A stretch of DNA of 22,393 nucleotides from Promethearchaeota archaeon (GTDB lineage: Archaea > Asgardarchaeota > Lokiarchaeia > Sigyniarchaeales > SOKP01): assembly GCA_019058295.1 (NCBI GenBank), contig JAHPZI010000010.1:101578-123970 (forward strand). Direction: 5' to 3'. The number at the start of each line of letters is the position of its first letter. The first letter of the stretch is position 1. The position numbers and the translations under genes are program-made. Of this stretch, positions 19,240 through 22,393 are shown in pieces. A model generated the notes under the pieces. The model did not search any database. It was not told where the DNA came from and worked only from the letters and a program-made list of their open reading frames with translations.

Positions 19240-19872
19240 ATGTCAGAAGAAAAAAATAAATTTGAAGAACACGATTTTGAAGGAGAATTAGATTATAAAA
19301 TCGAAAATGTCGTAGGAACGGTTATAATGGAGATCGAAGAAAAGATGGATCTTAATCAAATCGCTCGCAAATATGAATCAACAGAATATAATCCGGAAAG
19401 ATTTCCTGGTCTTATTATGAGAGTTTCTAATCCGAGAGCAACATTTCTTATCTTCTCTACGGGAAAAATGGTTGTCACGGGACTTAGAAAAGGGGAAGAG
19501 GCAGTTCAAGTAGTAGAAAAAGTAATGAAAAAAATTAAAAAAGCAGGAATTAAAGCGTCTAATCCAAAAATTACTATTCAGAATATTGTCGCAAGCGGAG
19601 ATTTACACACACATGTAGATTTAAATTTAGCAGCGATAGTAATGGAATATGCCATGTACGAGCCAGAAGTATTCCCAGGGCTAATTTATCGCATGCAAGA
19701 CCCAAAGACAGTTTTTTTAATATTTTCTACTGGAAGAATTGTCTGCACTGGAACTAAGAGTAAGGAAGTGGTAAGAGAAGCGGTTTTAAAATTGAATCAT
19801 GAAATACGAGAATTAGGAGTTGCTAGAGAAGATATGGCAGATTCCGATTATGAAGATGTTACATTTATTTAA
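19240..19872 (+). CDS. tbp: TATA-box-binding protein
   Basis: Two TBP repeats: YNPERFPGLIMR...LIFSTGKMVVTG and YEPEVFPGLIYR...LIFSTGRIVCTG; acidic termini. Confidence 0.98.
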   Translation: MSEEKNKFEEHDFEGELDYKIENVVGTVIMEIEEKMDLNQIARKYESTEYNPERFPGLIMRVSNPRATFLIFSTGKMVVTGLRKGEEAVQVVEKVMKKIKKAGIKASNPKITIQNIVASGDLHTHVDLNLAAIVMEYAMYEPEVFPGLIYRMQDPKTVFLIFSTGRIVCTGTKSKEVVREAVLKLNHEIRELGVAREDMADSDYEDVTFI

Positions 19873-19890
19873 ATTCTTTAGATTCTGACC

Positions 19891-19922
19891 TTAATTGATT
19901 ATTATAATATGAATTTTATAAT
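19891..19922. repeat. Right copy of the imperfect direct repeat flanking tbp
   Basis: TTAATTGATTATTATA-atat-GAATTTTATAAT. Confidence 0.75.
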
Positions 19923-19936
19923 CTAATCTTAATTAA

Positions 19937-20698
19937 TTAAATATTTTTAAATTTAATATTAAATTTATTATAAAGATTGTCCAAACATTCATCTTCCGAT
20001 AACTCTATTGAATATTCTTTACGATATCCTATATTTTGAGTGAACTTTATAAAATCTTTAGATTTATCTGTTATATCTTCTTCATCGTATTTTAAATCGG
20101 TTAATTTTATCAAGAAAATAAAATCTTTAATCTTTTTAAGTTGGTTATAATCTGAACCACTAATATACCTTGTATTAATTATATATCCTAAATTTTCTTG
20201 AGATTCAAAAGGTTCTAAAACTTCCATCGCATCGTTTAATGTTGGTATTGAGCCTAAAAATTCAAAACCTATATTGATATCTTCATCATATGCTTTTTTA
20301 GAGAGATCTGCAAGTCTTTTTATTGTTCTATTTATAATTCTCCCTTTTGGTATTAGGGTATCTTCAGATGAGAGTTCAAGTTTGGATGGATTAACAATTA
20401 TTAGATTTGATTCCAATTTATAGCATAAATTAAACATTTGCATTAAATTATTGAAAACTTTCGTTTTATAATCTTTTTCTGAACACAAGGAAAAATCTTT
20501 TAAATGAAATATGCTAAATACTCTAAGATTGTAAATTTCTAAAGTTTCTAAAATATCTTTTAATTTAAGATTTTTAGATAGACTTCTTTTAATCTTTTTA
20601 AAATTTAACTCTACGCCTTCAAAATCTCTGGAGAATTTTATAAATTTTAGTAAAGACAGATTTTTACAAGAATTTTGATTTAAAGCTAATTTAATCAT
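19937..20698 (-). CDS. Sugar-phosphate isomerase/epimerase-like (xylose isomerase/AP-endonuclease-2 TIM barrel), degenerate
   Basis: KLALN...FEGVEL...INIGFEFLG...NLGYIIN...IKLTD...IGYRKEYSIEL follows the family motif order. Confidence 0.65.
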   Translation of the reverse strand: MIKLALNQNSCKNLSLLKFIKFSRDFEGVELNFKKIKRSLSKNLKLKDILETLEIYNLRVFSIFHLKDFSLCSEKDYKTKVFNNLMQMFNLCYKLESNLIIVNPSKLELSSEDTLIPKGRIINRTIKRLADLSKKAYDEDINIGFEFLGSIPTLNDAMEVLEPFESQENLGYIINTRYISGSDYNQLKKIKDFIFLIKLTDLKYDEEDITDKSKDFIKFTQNIGYRKEYSIELSEDECLDNLYNKFNIKFKNI

Positions 20699-20869
20699 TG
20701 TAATAAGTTATATATTTTCTCAATATCCTCATAATTCTTTATTAATTTAAATTTTAATGGGAATTATAAAACCTTTAATAATATAGTTAAAAAATAGAAT
20801 TTTTCGATTTTTCGCAAGAAATGTTCAATAAACTAAAAAAACTAAATAAAATAAAGAAATTATTAAATT

Positions 20870-22393
20870 TTAGTCATTTTTTAATTCTTCAATTCTCCCT
20901 TCGGCTTCACTTAGCTTTTGATCAATAATTTTTCTTTTTTCGAGAAATTTTTCTCGTGAAATGGATCCAGTATAGAGTTTTTCTTCAAGTTGTTGTAGCT
21001 TTCCCTGCAGATCTTCTATATTCTTCTGGAATTTAATGATTTTCTCTTCTTTGGTGAGTTCTTTCATTGGAGGTTCCAAAGGAGATTTTTTTAATGGAGC
21101 AGAGATTTTTAGAGGTTTAGTATCTTTAGGTGCTTCCTCCTTTTGTTGAATTTCTTTTGGACTATCTGGAGCCCCTTTCTTTAGTTTTATTGGTTTTAGA
21201 TCTTCAGGTGCTTTCTTTGGAGTAATTTCTTTATCCATAGGTTCTTCATCGATTTTTTCTGGGTGTTCAATCCTAATATCAATACGTTTCTTCTTCTTTT
21301 TTCCTTCCTGCTTAGTTAATGAAATAGCAGAAGGTCTATCAGGGTCAATAGGGGTCTCACAAGACCAACAAATGTTTTCAGATTCTTTAAGCACTTCAAT
21401 GCACCGTGAACAATAATATGCGCCACACGAAGGGCAAATCCAGCTATATCCTTCTATTAATCCTTTATGAACTAAACAAACATGTTTTTCTTTGGAGAGT
21501 GTAATATCTCCTTCTGTGATCTCTTCTCTTTGGGCTATTAGATTCTCGAGTTCAGCTTCTCTTTCCCTAAGAGTTTTCCTTGATCTTCGACCAAAAATAA
21601 CACCTAAGATAGCTATAGTAGCAGCAATTCCAATAATTATTAATATTAACATAATATCAATTCCATCTTCCCCACCATCCCCAGTACTATCATCATCACC
21701 AGGAGCAGCAGGATAAATTTGAGCAATTGAGCTAGTTTGACCTTTTTCAATCCGAACTGAACTATTTCCGATATTACCTGCAGAATCTTTACAATAGAAA
21801 TTTAGTATGTAATTTCCATCTCCTAATCCAGACCATGCACTAGTGATTAAATTACCAACATTTTCTCCTTCGATGGCTGGAAATATTGTATAATTATTGA
21901 TGCCACCATCTAAAGTGTACCATGCACTATCAATATAATCTTCTACTATAGTTATATTATAGAAAGGATTCTCGTTTCCAAATAAATCGTTATTATTAGG
22001 TTTGTTTATTATAATTTTTGGACTAGTCAAATCTCCGGTAATATTTTCGGGTGTGGCATATCCGACATTCCCGGCTTTATCTGTTCCATTCACATAAACC
22101 CAATAGCTACCATTTCCATACAAAGATACGTCGAAAGAACCTGTCCATAGATCAGCCCCTTGATAGGTCAGTACTGGATAGATATAACCACTTGGTGTTG
22201 AAACATTAGCTAACAAACTCCCGGTAATGATTTCTGTAGTATTGTATGCTTGGATATTTGTAATGCCATTAGAGAATGATGGTGTGACTGTGAGAGTTAT
22301 TGTTGGGCTAGTCAAATCTCCGGTGATGCTTTCGGGTATAGCATATCCAACATTCCCGGCTCTATCTGTTCCATTCACATAAACCGTATAGGC
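20870..22393 (-). CDS. 5'-truncated single-pass surface protein: Ig-like repeats, TM helix, cytoplasmic RING-like Zn finger, coiled-coil/SHOCT-like tail
   Basis: The frame stays open to the window edge (AYTVYVNGTDRAGN...). It has repeated D-x-AGN beta-sandwich motifs, a TM helix IMLILIIIGIAATIAILGVIFG followed by RRSRK, and then 8 Cys/His ligands. Confidence 0.85.
   Translation of the reverse strand, partial: AYTVYVNGTDRAGNVGYAIPESITGDLTSPTITLTVTPSFSNGITNIQAYNTTEIITGSLLANVSTPSGYIYPVLTYQGADLWTGSFDVSLYGNGSYWVYVNGTDKAGNVGYATPENITGDLTSPKIIINKPNNNDLFGNENPFYNITIVEDYIDSAWYTLDGGINNYTIFPAIEGENVGNLITSAWSGLGDGNYILNFYCKDSAGNIGNSSVRIEKGQTSSIAQIYPAAPGDDDSTGDGGEDGIDIMLILIIIGIAATIAILGVIFGRRSRKTLREREAELENLIAQREEITEGDITLSKEKHVCLVHKGLIEGYSWICPSCGAYYCSRCIEVLKESENICWSCETPIDPDRPSAISLTKQEGKKKKKRIDIRIEHPEKIDEEPMDKEITPKKAPEDLKPIKLKKGAPDSPKEIQQKEEAPKDTKPLKISAPLKKSPLEPPMKELTKEEKIIKFQKNIEDLQGKLQQLEEKLYTGSISREKFLEKRKIIDQKLSEAEGRIEELKND
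22023..22393 (-). repeat. Intragenic domain duplication with 285-nt (95-aa) period
   Basis: CTAGTCAAATCTCCGGT...CTGTTCCATTCACATAAACC occurs starting at 22023 and again at 22308 with high nucleotide identity. Confidence 0.9.

Noticed and set aside
1177-21716. Short ORFs in the supplied track lying antisense to long genes (e.g. 1177-1404, 5109-5369, 7583-8050, 10260-10601, 15026-15289, 21492-21716)
   Set aside because: They are shadow ORFs of well-supported genes, with no recognisable motifs.
22376-22378. GTG start assigned to the 502-aa ORF
   Set aside because: The frame is open to the window edge and the codon is an internal Val of a repeat (YVNGTD), so the real start lies outside the window.

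Overview
AT-rich archaeal chromosomal segment, most consistent with an Asgard archaeon (Lokiarchaeia-like). This is an inference from an archaeal two-repeat TBP sitting next to a Rab-like small GTPase, plus a eukaryote-type carB signature. Left: a PadR-like regulator heading two tandem ABC-2 exporter pairs. Middle: carB-carA, an unannotated 59-aa CxxC/CxxC zinc-finger protein with an acidic tail, pyrG, a crotonase-family isomerase, a Re-citrate/homocitrate synthase-like enzyme, and an S1P-lyase-like PLP enzyme divergent from an AbfD-like dehydratase. Right, the most unusual part: a Rab-like GTPase abutting a TrmB-like regulator, divergent from tbp; tbp is bracketed by an imperfect ~32-37 bp direct repeat and preceded by a 3 x 11-bp phased repeat. 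These are followed by a degenerate TIM-barrel protein and a 5'-truncated surface protein (Ig-like repeats, TM helix, cytoplasmic 8-ligand RING-like finger, SHOCT-like tail). No rRNA, tRNA, CRISPR array or transposase was recognised. All family calls come from motif recognition by eye; no searches were run.
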